A stretch of 64,000 nucleotides of DNA from the NCBI GenBank assembly GCA_003553445.1, contig PWEK01000080.1:7490-71489 (forward strand). Direction: 5' to 3'. The translations under genes were made by a program, and so were the position numbers. The DNA is from Elusimicrobiota bacterium (GTDB lineage Bacteria > CG03 > SLGR01). This document shows positions 1-10,053 of the stretch, piece by piece (the stretch's first letter is position 1; each line of letters opens with the position of its first letter). Under the pieces are notes generated by a model that did no database searches, was not told where the DNA came from, and was given only the letters and a program-made list of their open reading frames with translations.

Positions 1-1
1 T

Positions 2-1201
2 TCATTCTGGGATACGGAAGAATCGGGGCAGACAGATTCCGCCGGCGGAGACGGCAAAGACACAGATGAGATGATGCAGCTGGGAACATATGACGGTTGG
101 GATATAGCCGGTGTAGGAGCCGGAGATGTGAATAAAGATAACAGGTGGAATGTTGTAGAGAACTTTTCATATCCCTTTTTTAGCTGGGATGAGCCGGTTC
201 CGCCCAAACCGAAGACTGTTTTTCCGGAGGATGATGGTTTTGCCAATACGGAAAAAGTGAATTTCAAGTGGGAGTCTGCTGGCGGGAAGGTTGAGTATTT
301 TATCCAAGTATCTACAAAGGCCGATTTAAGCGAGGTGATATTCAGTACTGTAACCGAAAATACCTCTTTTGAAATTCCTATTCATGAAGAAAAGCAGTAT
401 TACTGGAAAATCGGTTCAAGAAGAATTATGGACAGAGTTTTCAGATACTGTGATATTAAATCTTTTAAGCTGGATCTTGGGCTTTACCGGTATGATGAGT
501 TTACATTCAGTGATGAAACTCTAAATTCGGCTGTAATAGGCATTCCCGAATCCGCATACGGTGATACATTTGTGGAGGGAAGAATTAGAAGTCTTGAAGA
601 TGCGGATAAAGAAGAGGAAAGGAAGAAGGCTGATGAAAAACTTCCCGAAGGAGCCAGGCATGTTTATGAGCCCCTTGATTATGATGTGGTAGATGGCAAT
701 AATAGTCCGGTGGAACCGGAGCTTGAGGAAGGCGAGTTTATATCCATAAAGTTTAAATATCCCGAAGATCTGACAAGACCTGATGAGAAAAAACTGAGAA
801 TTGCAAAACTTGAAGACGGTCAGTGGGGAATTCAGGATGATTATAGCATAAATAAAGAAGAGCGCTGGATACGCGCCCGGGTTTCAAGTTTGTCGGTATT
901 TGCGCTTGTAATATATCCATATGAAACACTGGATAATGTTTTTATTTATCCGAGTCCCTATAAGCCGGGCGACGATTTATACGGTGATGTAGAGGGAGGA
1001 GGAATAATGTTCGGAGGGCTCCCAGATAATGCTGATATAAGGGTTTTTAATATCGCAGGGGAGCTGGTTGATGAGTTTACTCACCGGGGAGGAACCAGTT
1101 ACCGGTGGGAGGATGCGGAAAATATGGCTTCAGGGGTTTATATACTGGTGGTAAATTATGAAGGGGATTCAAAGACAGAGAAATTTGCGGTGGTGAAATA
1201 A
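2..1201 (+). CDS. Secreted/surface protein, 5'-truncated by the window edge, with a T9SS-type C-terminal sorting domain
   Basis: The frame is open from nt 2 (SFWDTEESGQTDSAGGDGKDTDEM), a WDxxxSGxxxSxGGxGKT motif typical of GLUG-repeat surface proteins. The last ~85 aa (IYPSPY..IRVFNIAGELV..SGVYILVV..KFAVVK) fit the Por_Secre_tail / FlgD-Ig-like pattern. Confidence 0.6.
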   Translation, partial: SFWDTEESGQTDSAGGDGKDTDEMMQLGTYDGWDIAGVGAGDVNKDNRWNVVENFSYPFFSWDEPVPPKPKTVFPEDDGFANTEKVNFKWESAGGKVEYFIQVSTKADLSEVIFSTVTENTSFEIPIHEEKQYYWKIGSRRIMDRVFRYCDIKSFKLDLGLYRYDEFTFSDETLNSAVIGIPESAYGDTFVEGRIRSLEDADKEEERKKADEKLPEGARHVYEPLDYDVVDGNNSPVEPELEEGEFISIKFKYPEDLTRPDEKKLRIAKLEDGQWGIQDDYSINKEERWIRARVSSLSVFALVIYPYETLDNVFIYPSPYKPGDDLYGDVEGGGIMFGGLPDNADIRVFNIAGELVDEFTHRGGTSYRWEDAENMASGVYILVVNYEGDSKTEKFAVVK

Positions 1202-1203
1202 TT

Positions 1204-2118
1204 ATGAATAAAAAAATTGCATTTATGGTATTTTTGGTGATTATTGTTGTTGGAGTATATGCCAAGGCGGGACCCGGCTCCAGCGGAGCGGCTTTTCTGC
1301 GCATAGGTGTGGGAGCAAAACCCGTTGCCATGGGCGAGGCGTATGCGGGAATGAAAGGAGATATCCTGTCTCTATATTCAAACCCGGCGGGTCTGTCTTC
1401 AATTGAATATAGAGAGCTTTCATTTTCGCATGCTTTCTGGATAGACAGCATAAATTACTCAAACTTCATAGCCGGCACTCCGGCTCTGGAAGGCTATATG
1501 GCTGTCAGCCTGAGCGGGCTTTTCGCAGGTGAGATGGATAAGTTCAGCAGGTTCGGAGATGATATGGGGGAGACCTACAGCCCCGCGGACATGGCGGTTA
1601 TGACGTCGTATTCCAGGAAATTTGGAGATGTTTCTGCAGGAGCGGCAATAAAGTATATTACCTCCAGGATAGATGATCATACTGCAAGCGCTTTTGCTGC
1701 CGATATAGGGGCGATGAAGGAATTAGGCGATGTTAACCTGGGAATGAGTGTTCAAAATATTGGTACTGAAATGGAGTTCAGAGAGGAATCAGATCCCCTG
1801 CCCCTTACGGTTCGTTTAGGGGCATCATATCCTTTCGAGTTTTCGGGAATGGACTTTATTGCCGTTGCAGAAACGAGCTACTCCGAGGATGTGCCTTTTC
1901 GGGTAAACGGCGGTGTGAACGCAGATATAGAAATAGACGAAATACTTCTTTCTTTACGTCTTGGAGGAAAATCTTATGCCGAGGGGCTGGATTTCTTAAG
2001 TCACTTAACCACCGGTATCGGATTGGAATACCGGGATATAAATTTCGATTACGGGTTTGCGTCAATGGAAGATTTGGGGCTCACCCACAGGGTCTCAGTT
2101 TCATATAAGTTGAACTAG
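1204..2118 (+). CDS. PorV/PorQ-family outer-membrane beta-barrel protein
   Basis: Signal peptide followed by GAAFLRIGVGAKPVAMGEAYAG..LYSNPAGL, the N-terminal signature I associate with PorV/PorQ (UPF0164-like) barrels. The start lies 3 nt after the upstream stop. Confidence 0.55.
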   Translation: MNKKIAFMVFLVIIVVGVYAKAGPGSSGAAFLRIGVGAKPVAMGEAYAGMKGDILSLYSNPAGLSSIEYRELSFSHAFWIDSINYSNFIAGTPALEGYMAVSLSGLFAGEMDKFSRFGDDMGETYSPADMAVMTSYSRKFGDVSAGAAIKYITSRIDDHTASAFAADIGAMKELGDVNLGMSVQNIGTEMEFREESDPLPLTVRLGASYPFEFSGMDFIAVAETSYSEDVPFRVNGGVNADIEIDEILLSLRLGGKSYAEGLDFLSHLTTGIGLEYRDINFDYGFASMEDLGLTHRVSVSYKLN

Positions 2119-2195
2119 AACAAAGGCTGTCTTATGAAAAACGGGGTGTTTGAGGCTGCGCCTTTTAAAGGCTAAAACTATTCTTTTTTTCTATT

Positions 2196-3062
2196 ATGAC
2201 TAAAAGTAAAAAAACTGGGTTGGCAGTGGGATGGGTGTCAATAATTGTCAACCTTTTTCTTTTTATATTTAAGCTTTGGGCTGGGGTTGTGTCCGGTTCC
2301 GTAGCTATGATTGCGGATGCCTGGCATACTGTATCGGATTCTGTTACATCTGCTGCTGTTTTAGTGGGGTTTTGGGTTTCAGGTAAAAGCGCGGACGAAG
2401 AGCACCCTTTTGGACACGGCAGGGCGGAGAATATTGCGGCAATTGCTATTTCGGTAATAATAGGGATTATAGGTTTTAACTTTTTGATTAAGTCTATCGG
2501 AAATATTTTGGAATTCAGAGAGGCAAATTACGGTGTTTTTGGTCTTGTGGTATTTGCGTCAGCAGCTTTTTTAAAAGAGGTTATGGCTAGAGTTTCAAAG
2601 TGGGCGGGGAATAAGATAAACTCAAATTCACTGAAGGCGGACGGATGCCATCACAGGATTGATGCGGCGACCTCTTTTTTAGTTGTTTTGGGAATATTTC
2701 TTTCGGGCAGATTCTGGTGGATTGACGGATTAATGGGAATTGTAATTTCAGGGGCGGTTATATACGCCTCGTACGAGTTGCTAAAAGATTCTTCAGATTC
2801 AATTTTAGGAAGAAAACTCAGCCCGGATATTGAAAAAAAGATAAGAAAAACTGTTGCTGAAATAGCCCCGGAAATTAAAAAAGTAAACCATTTTCATATA
2901 CATAGATACGGCGATCATTCTGAACTGACCTTTCATATAAGTTTACCGGGAGATATGAGTTTGGAAGATGCTCATAAAATAGCTGACAAAATTGAAAAAG
3001 AAATAAGGCGCAAATATAAATACGAGGCAACTATTCACGCCGGCCCTTTGAGCGATCACTGA
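2196..3062 (+). CDS. Cation diffusion facilitator (CDF) family metal efflux transporter
   Basis: TM-rich N-terminus with HTVSDS and HPFGHGRAE motifs. The cytoplasmic C-terminal domain (HFHIHRYGDH..) is typical of CDF proteins. Confidence 0.8.
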   Translation: MTKSKKTGLAVGWVSIIVNLFLFIFKLWAGVVSGSVAMIADAWHTVSDSVTSAAVLVGFWVSGKSADEEHPFGHGRAENIAAIAISVIIGIIGFNFLIKSIGNILEFREANYGVFGLVVFASAAFLKEVMARVSKWAGNKINSNSLKADGCHHRIDAATSFLVVLGIFLSGRFWWIDGLMGIVISGAVIYASYELLKDSSDSILGRKLSPDIEKKIRKTVAEIAPEIKKVNHFHIHRYGDHSELTFHISLPGDMSLEDAHKIADKIEKEIRRKYKYEATIHAGPLSDH

Positions 3063-3075
3063 TTCAAAACCACAC

Positions 3076-4350
3076 ATGAGAATTCTGCTTGTTAATCCCT
3101 ATGTAACAGACTTTGCCTGTTATGATTACTGGCTAAAACCACTGGGGCTGCTGTATCTTTCTTCAATTCTTAAAGAAAAAAAATATTATGTTGATATTCT
3201 TGACTGTATGGACAGGTATCACCCTTATATGAAAAGACATAAGACTGATATTTACGGAACGGGCAGTTTTCGCAGCAGAAGAAGACAGAAACCACTTCCT
3301 TTGAGAAAATATCCTAAAAAATACAATAATTACGGGTTGTGCGGGAGCAGGTTAAAAAAAGCAATCCAAAATCACAAGAAACCTGATTATATTATTATGA
3401 CCTCCGGCATGACATACTGGTATCCGGGGGTTAAAGAGACGGCTGCTATAATAAAAGAGGTTTATCCGGAAACTCCTTTGCTTCTGGGAGGGATTTACGC
3501 TTCGCTTTGTCCGGAGCATGCAAGGGCAAATGTGCAGGCGGATTATGTAATAGAGGGGGGCGGGTTTTCGGATTTATTTAAAATTATTGGAGGCAGCGCT
3601 CCGGAGTTTGAAAGCTGGCCTGCTCCTGACTATTCTTTTTATGAACAGGCGCCTTATGTTGTATTGAGAACTTCCCGGGGGTGTCCGTGGCAATGCGCAT
3701 ACTGCGGAATAAAAAAGATATTCGGCGGCTTTGAAATAAAGAATTCGAAAAAGATATACAGAGAGGTTGATTTATTAAAAAAAAAGTATAATGTAAAAAA
3801 TATTGTTTTTTATGACGACGCTCTTTTAAGAAATCCTTGCTTTAAAGAATATCTGGAAAATCCGGTAATGGGCGTTCGGTATTTCACCCCGAACGGCCTT
3901 GAAGTTTCAGCTGTTGATAAAGCTGTGGCTTCTTTGCTGAAAAATGCCGGATTTGTTGACCCGTGTATTTCAGCGGACAGGTTAATTGAGTATAAAACGG
4001 AAGGAAAGATGAAGCAGGCAGACCCTGAAGAAGCAGCGGATGCGCTTAGAAGCGCCGGGTACGAAGAGGGTGAGTTTTCTGCATACCTGATAATGGGGCT
4101 TCCTGGCCAGAAATTAAGTGAGGTATCCTCTTCCGCTGAATATCTTCATAGTCTGGGTGCCAGAATAAATTTGGCCGAGTACGCAGTCGTTCCGGGTTCT
4201 GCAGAGAGTGAAAAACATGACTTAAGTATTTTAGAAGAGCCGCTACTTCATAATAATTCGATATTCCCTTCGTTCGGTTTGCGGGAGTGGGGAGATATAT
4301 ATAAGGTAAAAAGACATATTAATAAATTAAATAAAAGAATTGAAAAATGA
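3076..4350 (+). CDS. B12-binding-domain radical SAM protein
   Basis: N-terminal ILLVNP..PLGLLYLSS (B12-binding-like) followed by CPWQCAYC (the CxxxCxxC radical SAM cluster motif). Confidence 0.7.
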   Translation: MRILLVNPYVTDFACYDYWLKPLGLLYLSSILKEKKYYVDILDCMDRYHPYMKRHKTDIYGTGSFRSRRRQKPLPLRKYPKKYNNYGLCGSRLKKAIQNHKKPDYIIMTSGMTYWYPGVKETAAIIKEVYPETPLLLGGIYASLCPEHARANVQADYVIEGGGFSDLFKIIGGSAPEFESWPAPDYSFYEQAPYVVLRTSRGCPWQCAYCGIKKIFGGFEIKNSKKIYREVDLLKKKYNVKNIVFYDDALLRNPCFKEYLENPVMGVRYFTPNGLEVSAVDKAVASLLKNAGFVDPCISADRLIEYKTEGKMKQADPEEAADALRSAGYEEGEFSAYLIMGLPGQKLSEVSSSAEYLHSLGARINLAEYAVVPGSAESEKHDLSILEEPLLHNNSIFPSFGLREWGDIYKVKRHINKLNKRIEK

Positions 4351-4550
4351 TTATGATATGTTCAGCAAAAAAAACTAAGGGTTGCATAACGCGAATGATT
4401 TTTTGGAAATGTAATAACGTAACCTTGTTTCGGATGAATACAAACAGGGACGTCATAAAGCAAATGCATATACAGGAAAGGTAGAAATGAAAGGACTTAT
4501 AAAAGATGAGGGATAAGATTGGATAACTCTACAGTACAGGTTTTATAGTT

Positions 4551-5411
4551 ATGTGGTTTATTTTTGCGCTTATTACTGCGTTTTTTTATGCATTGCAGGG
4601 AACATGGTCAAAAAAAATTATGTCTGCAGTAAATCGCCGTACTGTTACCTGGTCAATATTTGCTTTTTCGGTGCCTTTTATTATTCCTGTTTTTCTTATT
4701 TCAGGGGTACCGGAGGTGCAGAGTGATTTTTACTGGAGCTGTTCTGCTTCGCTTGTATTGAATATGGTGGCTTACACCATGTTTGTTAAAGCAGTTAAAA
4801 TTTCCCCTCTGGCTCTTACTTATCCATTTTTATCCTTTACTCCTGCGTTTATAATTCTTACAGGTTTTCTCTTTCTTGGAGAAATTCCCTCAATTCAGGG
4901 GATGATAGGTATTTTGTCAATAGTCCTGGGTGCGTATGTCATAAATTTTGAAAAAATTGGAGAAGGTTTTTTTTCTCCAGTTAAGGCGATTTTCAGGGAA
5001 AAAGGCTCTCTTCTAATGCTGGGAGTATCTCTATTGTGGAGTTTTGCCGCTACCTTTGATAAAGTTGCGGTTGTTTCTTCAGACCCGTATTTTTTTATAC
5101 TGGTTCTTAATACAGGGTTTTTTGTGTTGTATATTCCTTTTCTGATGAAATCGAATCCTGGCATAAAAGGAGAACTCAGGCGGCATTTTTGGGAGCTGTT
5201 AGTTTTAGGGTTGTTTTCGGCATTAATAGGTATTTTTCAGATGACCTCTTTGCAGACAGGTTATGTGAGCTATGTTATTGCAATAAAAAGAAGCGGGATG
5301 ATTTTTGCGATAATATTCGGCATACTTCTTTTCAATGAAAAGCTCAGTTTTTTTCGACTGGCGGGGACAGTATTTATGCTTACAGGTATTTTTATTATTG
5401 CCGGCGCTTAG
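4551..5411 (+). CDS. EamA/DMT-family transporter
   Basis: About ten predicted TM helices arranged as two EamA-like halves. There is no other motif evidence. Confidence 0.6.
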   Translation: MWFIFALITAFFYALQGTWSKKIMSAVNRRTVTWSIFAFSVPFIIPVFLISGVPEVQSDFYWSCSASLVLNMVAYTMFVKAVKISPLALTYPFLSFTPAFIILTGFLFLGEIPSIQGMIGILSIVLGAYVINFEKIGEGFFSPVKAIFREKGSLLMLGVSLLWSFAATFDKVAVVSSDPYFFILVLNTGFFVLYIPFLMKSNPGIKGELRRHFWELLVLGLFSALIGIFQMTSLQTGYVSYVIAIKRSGMIFAIIFGILLFNEKLSFFRLAGTVFMLTGIFIIAGA

Positions 5412-5598
5412 CAGAAACAGGAAAAAATAATTTTCTTTAAGTTTTACGTTTTTTTATAATTATGTAAAATGATTTTACAATTAAGGTTAAGGAGAAGGTT
5501 TCTCTTGGCTTTATAATACAGCGTTGTGATAAGCCGGTGCTTATGAGATTTAAAGTAGAGATGGGAATTTAAAGAAGAAAAATAAGGCAACTTTAAAA

Positions 5599-7263
5599 AT
5601 GAATATATTCAATATATCAGGATTGGGTGTGGAGGAGCTGAAACGATTAAAGGGTATTGTTTCGGTTCTGGCAAATTATGGTTTTGGTGAACTCTTCGTA
5701 CATCTTTCTCTACCCGGTAAATTTATGCTTCCTAAAGCAAGAAAAGAAAAGCTTGAGCATCCCCGGTCTGTTCGCCTTCGCATGGCATTAGAAGAGATGG
5801 GAACTACTTTCATAAAGCTGGGGCAGTTTGCATCTACGCGGCCGGATTATGTTCCGCGAGAGTATGTGAAGGAACTTTCAAAATTAAGAGATGAAGTTAA
5901 TCCGGTGGAATTTAGTGAAATAGAAGACATATTTATTGATGAATGGGGAGAGCAGTGGCGTGAAAAATTTATAACTTTTTTTCAAAAGCCGATAGCTGCA
6001 GCTTCAATAGCTCAGGTTTATAAAGCGCGTCTTAAAAACGGCCGGCTTGTGGCTGTTAAAGTCAGAAGACCAGGGGTGGAAAAGCAGGTAAGTTCTGATC
6101 TTAAAATAATCAGTTTTATCGCCAGGTTCGTAGAAAAACGTTATGAATGGGCGAAAGTTATCCAGCCTGGAAGGCTTGTTGAGGAGTTTTCAAGGGCGCT
6201 GAAAAGGGAGCTGGATTTAAAGAGAGAGTCTGTAATTATAAGAAAGTTCAAGGAAAATCACAGGCAAAATCGAGAGGTGGTAATCCCCGGGGTTGAAGAT
6301 GAAATTACTACGGAAAAAATACTTATAATGGATTTTATCGAGGGGGTCTCTCTTGATAAAGCAGACTTCAGCCCGCAGGAGAAAAAAAGAATTGCCAAAC
6401 TTGGTGTGAATGTCATGATGACGCAAATACTGGAACATGGATTATTTCATGCCGACCCGCATCCGGGCAATCTTATATATACCAAAGACGGAAAACTCTC
6501 TTATCTGGATTTTGGTTTGATAGGGCGCTTAAGCACAAAGATGAAAAACGGGTTAACGGGGCTTATGCTGGATGCCCGCAGCGGTGAACCCGAACTCGTC
6601 CTGCAGGAAATGATGATCCAGGTTAATATTGAAAAGGAAATAGATAAGGAAACAATGATAAGGGAAATAATGGAAATAATGGATCGTAACCTGATGGTTA
6701 CGATTGATGAGATTTCCATAGGGAAGACACTGATGGATGTTTTTGATCTTTTTCGGCAGAACAGGATAAAGATACATCCGGCATATACTATGGTGGCAAA
6801 GGCGATACTTACTTCAGAGGAAACGGCAAAGTCATTAGACAGAAGCATGAATGTTATGAAAGAGATAACACCCGGGCTTAAGAAGCTGTATTTAAAAAAA
6901 TACCGCCCGCGCAATGTGCTAATAGCTCTTCGGCTTCTTTCTAAAGATTTACAGAGGCTTTTTGAAGAGATGCCCGGACAGATGGCGCAGATATTAAGAA
7001 AACTCAAGAGCGGCCAGCTTGAAATAGAGTTCAGGCATGTAGGGCTTGAAGATCTCATCAGGGCCCTGGACAGGGTTTCAAACAGAATTTCCTTCGGGTT
7101 GATTATCGCTGCGCTTATTGTGGGCTCATCCCTGGTAATTCAAAGCGAAATGGAGCCAATGATATTTGATGTTCCCGCTGTAGGTTTCATAGGGTTTGTA
7201 ATTGCGAGCGTTATGGGTTTGTGGCTATTGTGGTCAATTATAAAGTCGGGAAGATTTAAGTGA
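5599..7263 (+). CDS. ABC1/UbiB-family atypical kinase
   Basis: AAASIAQVYKARL..VAVKVRRPGV and HADPHPGNL motifs, plus C-terminal TM helices. Confidence 0.8.
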   Translation: MNIFNISGLGVEELKRLKGIVSVLANYGFGELFVHLSLPGKFMLPKARKEKLEHPRSVRLRMALEEMGTTFIKLGQFASTRPDYVPREYVKELSKLRDEVNPVEFSEIEDIFIDEWGEQWREKFITFFQKPIAAASIAQVYKARLKNGRLVAVKVRRPGVEKQVSSDLKIISFIARFVEKRYEWAKVIQPGRLVEEFSRALKRELDLKRESVIIRKFKENHRQNREVVIPGVEDEITTEKILIMDFIEGVSLDKADFSPQEKKRIAKLGVNVMMTQILEHGLFHADPHPGNLIYTKDGKLSYLDFGLIGRLSTKMKNGLTGLMLDARSGEPELVLQEMMIQVNIEKEIDKETMIREIMEIMDRNLMVTIDEISIGKTLMDVFDLFRQNRIKIHPAYTMVAKAILTSEETAKSLDRSMNVMKEITPGLKKLYLKKYRPRNVLIALRLLSKDLQRLFEEMPGQMAQILRKLKSGQLEIEFRHVGLEDLIRALDRVSNRISFGLIIAALIVGSSLVIQSEMEPMIFDVPAVGFIGFVIASVMGLWLLWSIIKSGRFK

Positions 7264-7382
7264 ACCAATTGGTATTTCAAAAGCATTCCGCTTAATTTGA
7301 TTATTTTCCTTAAATTTGTAATTATTAAACGATGGAAATATTTAATAAGTCATAAAGTATAAGTCCGGCTTAGTGAGGAAAA

Positions 7383-8054
7383 ATGGATAAAAGGGAAATT
7401 ATAAAAATAGCGCTTGAAAATACAAAAATTCTGAAGATGCCGAAACAGAAGCTTTCAACTTTCGGAACTACAAATATGAATTACTTTCTGCTCAGCAGGC
7501 TGGATGATTCCACCAGGGTAAGAGAAGGAAAGGTTATATCAAGAAAGCCTGAGATTATTTCTCCCGCGGAAATATCCGAGCTATTTGAGGGGTTTGATGA
7601 TTACGGCAGAGAGTATGCAAAGGAACTTTTTGAGTACAGCGGCTCAAGTCCCAGGATGCTCAATTACAGGTTTAAAAACATTCAGGAAAAGACCTCTGAG
7701 TCGACCTCGGGGCTGTATGATGTGTATAAAAAAATAAAAGAAGACATAGAAAAAGGCGGAAATGGATTAACCGCCGTAATAAAAGGCGATGAAAGCACAT
7801 GGCAGATATCTATAATGAAATTTATAATAGATATGACAGTAAAATCATCAGGTGGAAATATATCCGACCTGGAAGAAAGGGGAATGTTTCCTGATGAAAC
7901 CGGAATACCGCAGAATATACGAAATAAAATTGATTATCTTTTTGAAGAGGCCCGAAAGGATCGCTCTCGTATAGACGAGCTTGGCACACTTCTTAATAAG
8001 CACAATCTTTTTAGGGAATATGAAGACAGATTTTTCAAATTGTTGAAAGAGTAA
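7383..8054 (+). CDS. Hypothetical protein
   Basis: Long ORF with a GAGGA Shine-Dalgarno sequence upstream. I recognise no family. Confidence 0.5.
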   Translation: MDKREIIKIALENTKILKMPKQKLSTFGTTNMNYFLLSRLDDSTRVREGKVISRKPEIISPAEISELFEGFDDYGREYAKELFEYSGSSPRMLNYRFKNIQEKTSESTSGLYDVYKKIKEDIEKGGNGLTAVIKGDESTWQISIMKFIIDMTVKSSGGNISDLEERGMFPDETGIPQNIRNKIDYLFEEARKDRSRIDELGTLLNKHNLFREYEDRFFKLLKE

Positions 8055-8074
8055 CTAGGGAAAGAGGGAAAAAT

Positions 8075-8170
8075 TGGTAAAAGGAAAAAGAGCAAAATTA
8101 AAAAAAATAAGAAAGCATAAGCTTAAAAAACGCCGCCGTAAAAACAGGCATAAGAAGAAAAAATCCTAAG
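8075..8170 (+). CDS. Unannotated 31-codon Lys/Arg-rich ORF, bS22 / AURKAIP1-COX24-like small ribosomal protein candidate
   Basis: TTG start 5 nt after GAGGG. It translates to MVKGKRAKLKKIRKHKLKKRRRKNRHKKKKS, and the RKHKLKKRRRK core resembles the KKKHRKLLRRTR core of mycobacterial bS22. It falls below the ORF-track length cut-off. Confidence 0.35.
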
Positions 8171-8192
8171 CGGGATTTATCTTAAACTGTAA

Positions 8193-9176
8193 ATGAACAC
8201 CACAGGCGAAAAAGAATTAATACGGAAATTAGCAGACAGCAGAAGAGCCATAACTGAGCAGCTTGAGAAGATAATTGTCGGTCAGAAGGAAATAATAGAT
8301 CTTATATTAATTTCTATGTTTTCAAGAGGCCACTGTCTTATTGTCGGTGTTCCCGGGCTTGCAAAAACAAAGATTGTAAGGACTCTTGCGGAAATACTGG
8401 ATTTAAGCTTCAGCAGAATACAGTTTACACCCGACCTTATGCCTTCGGACATCACGGGTACAGAGGTGGTAGAGGAAGATCAGGTTACAGGCCGTAGAAA
8501 TTTCCGGTTTGTTCCCGGGCCTGTCTTTGCTAATATTATACTTGCAGACGAGATAAACAGGACCCCTCCGAAAACCCAGGCCGCGCTTCTTCAGGCCATG
8601 CAGGAATACTCAGTAACAGCCGGCAATAAAACATTTGAGCTCGAAAGGCCGTTTTTCGTTCTTGCTACACAAAACCCCATTGAACAGGAAGGAACGTATA
8701 ATCTTCCCGAGGCACAGCTTGACAGGTTTTTCTTTAACATAAAGATTGATTATCCAAGTGCGGATGAAGAAAAACAGGTTGTTAAACTTACAACATACGG
8801 GGAAGAAGAAAGGCCTGACAAGGTTCTGTCGGCTGAAGAGATAGTACAGCTTCAGGATATAGTTAGAGAGATACCCGTATCAGACGAGGTGATTGATTAT
8901 ACCGTGCGTCTTTCATCCGCTTCGCGGCCGGGGGTAGGTGACAGGTTTGTAGATGATCATGTTTCATGGGGAGCCGGTCCCAGGGCTTCGCAGTATCTTA
9001 TTCTGGGCAGTAAGGCCCGCGCCATATTAAGGGGCAGTTATAACGTTTCCATAAATGATGTAAGGGCCCTTGCGCGGCCTGTACTAAGGCACAGAATAAT
9101 ACCTAATTTTAATGCGGAAGCAGAGGGGGTTGACTCCGAAAAGGTAATTGATCATCTGTTAAAAAGTGTCAATTAA
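8193..9176 (+). CDS. MoxR-family AAA+ ATPase
   Basis: Walker A GVPGLAKT, Walker B ILADEINR, and the QNPIEQEGTYNLPEAQLDRF motif. Confidence 0.9.
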   Translation: MNTTGEKELIRKLADSRRAITEQLEKIIVGQKEIIDLILISMFSRGHCLIVGVPGLAKTKIVRTLAEILDLSFSRIQFTPDLMPSDITGTEVVEEDQVTGRRNFRFVPGPVFANIILADEINRTPPKTQAALLQAMQEYSVTAGNKTFELERPFFVLATQNPIEQEGTYNLPEAQLDRFFFNIKIDYPSADEEKQVVKLTTYGEEERPDKVLSAEEIVQLQDIVREIPVSDEVIDYTVRLSSASRPGVGDRFVDDHVSWGAGPRASQYLILGSKARAILRGSYNVSINDVRALARPVLRHRIIPNFNAEAEGVDSEKVIDHLLKSVN

Positions 9177-10053
9177 CATAGAAGCCGCATTACTTAAGAA
9201 ACTTCAGACAATGACGCTCAGGGCCCGCTATATAGCCGAAGGGTATGTAAGCGGGCTTCACCAGAGCCCACTCAAGGGTTCCAGCCTTGAATTTGCTCAG
9301 CACAGGCAGTATGTTCCCGGAGATGAGTTCAGAAATCTTGACTGGAAAGTTTACGGGAGAACAAACCGCTTTTATGTAAAACAGTACCAGGAAGAGACAA
9401 ATATAAGGTGCTACAATGTAATTGACAGGTCAAAATCAATGGGTTTTTCCTCCGGAGAATTGACTAAACTTGAGTATGCTTCATATTTCTGCGCAGCCCT
9501 TACTTATCTTCTTATAAGTCAGGGAGACTCGGCTGGGCTTATTTCATATTCAAGAGGGTATGACGATATTATACCCCCGAGGAATTTCAGGGCTCATATG
9601 CATTTCATAATGGACAGGCTTGAAAATTTAAACCCTTCCGGAAAGACCGATTTTGAAAAACCTTTCTATAAAATAGGAAAACTCATTAAAAAAAGAAGCC
9701 TTCTGATTGTTTTCTCCGATTTACTTGACGATCCGGACAAGGTTATAAAATCACTTAAGTATTTTCCTTATCTGAAAAATGACCTTATAGTCATTCAGAT
9801 TCTGGATCCGGCTGAGTTAAAGCTGGAAGAACACGGAGAAGTGGAGTTTGTTGATATGGAAACAGGAGAAAGATTAAAAACAAGGCCGGATGTTATAAAA
9901 AAAGAGTATAAAAAAAAGATGGAAGCTTTTCTTGAGAAACTGGAGCGGGGACTGAAAGCGCACAGCATTGATTACTACAGGTTTACAACCGATATGTATA
10001 TAGACAGGGCTTTAAGTAGATTTATTGAGGGACGAAAGAGGTTTAATTTGTGA
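9166..10053 (+). CDS. DUF58 domain protein (MoxR partner)
   Basis: GSSLEFAQHRQYVPGDEFRNLDWKVYGR..YVKQYQEE signature. It overlaps the moxR stop. The start (GTG 9166 or ATG 9211) is uncertain. Confidence 0.8.
   Translation: MSINIEAALLKKLQTMTLRARYIAEGYVSGLHQSPLKGSSLEFAQHRQYVPGDEFRNLDWKVYGRTNRFYVKQYQEETNIRCYNVIDRSKSMGFSSGELTKLEYASYFCAALTYLLISQGDSAGLISYSRGYDDIIPPRNFRAHMHFIMDRLENLNPSGKTDFEKPFYKIGKLIKKRSLLIVFSDLLDDPDKVIKSLKYFPYLKNDLIVIQILDPAELKLEEHGEVEFVDMETGERLKTRPDVIKKEYKKKMEAFLEKLERGLKAHSIDYYRFTTDMYIDRALSRFIEGRKRFNL

Noticed and set aside
6501-7058. Long antisense ORFs inside well-supported genes. Examples are 6501-7058, 16537-16845, 21058-21522, 21624-22112, 40057-40524 and 49463-49806 on the minus strand, and 59960-60430 on the plus strand.
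   Set aside because: Each lies fully within, and opposite to, a gene with clear family motifs (ABC1 kinase, infB, secA and others). Their translations are low-complexity Ser/Ile/Phe/Leu-rich with no motifs or RBS. They are typical shadow ORFs of purine-rich coding strands.
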